Shown here piece after piece: positions 62,909 through 64,000 of a stretch of DNA of 64,000 bases. The translations under genes and the position numbers were made by a program. The notes beneath the pieces were generated by a model that saw only the letters and a program-made list of their open reading frames with translations, had not been told where the DNA came from and made no database searches. Within the stretch, counting starts at the first letter, position 1. Every line of letters starts with the position of its first letter. This DNA comes from Xylographa opegraphella (Eukaryota): assembly GCA_022813865.1 (NCBI GenBank), contig JALDZX010000015.1:124001-188000 (forward strand). Direction: 5' to 3'.

Positions 62909-64000
62909 TTAATTCGAGCGTTTCTTCTTCAATTGCCGCTGTAATGGTTCTATGGTTCTAACCACGGAGACCGCTTTACGGTGTATATTGCTGCTTGCTC
63001 CATCAAGTATGACGTGCCTTAAGCACGGCTTCAGGATCATGCCCAATGTTCCAATGTTACCATCTCCGTCGCACACGACTCTATCACTGGCTTTCAAAGG
63101 ACGCCGCATTGCAACGTCTTTCATACTCATTTCCTCCAGCTGAGTATAGTGTACCGTCTGCTGCACTTCCAATCGAGGTAGCGGTGAGGGTGGAACGAAG
63201 CTATACTGCCTCTGGGAGGATTGCATGATGTATGCCAATCTTATGGCTGGAACAATCACACCGCTGCCAAGGCTTTCGAACCACGCTCCTTGACTGATAA
63301 GACCTGGCATTACGCTATCAAGTGTTCTCGAATCTGCGATGTGGCGTATCTAGCTAGCCAAGCTCCATACATGGGATACTCTGGTGCCGCAATAAAAGAG
63401 GTAAGGGTTTCCGAGCGCCAGTTTCGGATCTTTTGCGGATCTAGTTGTACTCGAAATTGGCCGTCTGTCGTTACCCTAGCAAGGTGACGACTGGCCTCTA
63501 AATGGCTCGAACTGGCTTATGCCTTTCTTAACAGTACGGAAGAATTTATTGAGTGACCGACCAAACAAGGAATGAAATACACCGTCTCGAAACACTAGTG
63601 CATGGAGTGTCCTGTAGATCTCATGGTGGATCACAAGCTCCGCAGCATTAAAATGTTTGAAAAGGAGTTCTCGAGCAATTGCGGTCTCACTATTTTTACA
63701 CACTGTAATGACGATCATCTCGTTTCTCAAGATTTTCTCGATGTCTTCCGTCGTGTCCACCATTACCTCTTCAATCCACGCGAGTAGTGCTTGTGAAATT
63801 TGCTCATACTGGCCTGCGATCTCTGTCCCAGACGTCTGATTGAAAGGCTGTAACTGGCACAGATCCTTCTAACAGGCTTGGAGGCTCCGCTGAAGCTTTG
63901 CTGTTGTTAGCGACTTGCCTGAGTTATCAGCCTTCCTCTTCGCTCCTATGAATGCAGCGTTCTCATCCGGTAGCTGAGCTATGGTGGCCCGAGTCCTCTA
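62909..64000 (-). pseudogene. 3' part of a disrupted fungal hypothetical gene
   Basis: Protein-like segments (YEQISQALLAWIEE, KIRNWRSETL, VIVPAIRLAYIMQSS..YSF) with an in-frame TAG at 63869-63871 and a frame change near 63310. Confidence 0.5.

Noticed and set aside
63350..63871. Stop-codon readthrough suggested by several in-frame TAGs
   Set aside because: One TAG probably lies in an intron and the protein-like motif WRSETL is in another frame; decay explains it better.

Overview
A filamentous ascomycete (Pezizomycotina) nuclear genomic region: short GT-AG introns with CTAAC/CTGAC branch sites, conserved housekeeping genes separated by accessory stretches. Core genes are HEM2, a PP1 glycogen-targeting subunit (CBM21), a DUF726/TMCO4 protein, RIO1, coronin, MET6 and a steroid 5-alpha-reductase-family gene. 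The most interesting system is a three-gene isocyanide biosynthetic cluster at about 25.9-36.0 kb: a stand-alone isocyanide synthase (Dit1/PvcA family), an A-T-transferase NRPS-like gene and a divergently transcribed siderophore-type MFS transporter. This looks like a split, order-swapped version of the Aspergillus fumigatus copper-responsive CrmA megasynthase plus a CrmD-like transporter, with a Mac1-like motif in the shared promoter. A second accessory block (about 39.5-51.3 kb, between RIO1 and coronin) holds an intron-containing bacterial/Streptomyces-type phospholipase D with an altered first HKD motif, a protein with a HicA-like C-terminus, and several decaying genes. Several pseudogenes (GH72, SDR, others), a 16-bp minisatellite and a long gene-poor interval with telomere-repeat-like motifs are also present. 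All family calls come from motifs recognised by eye; no database searches were run.
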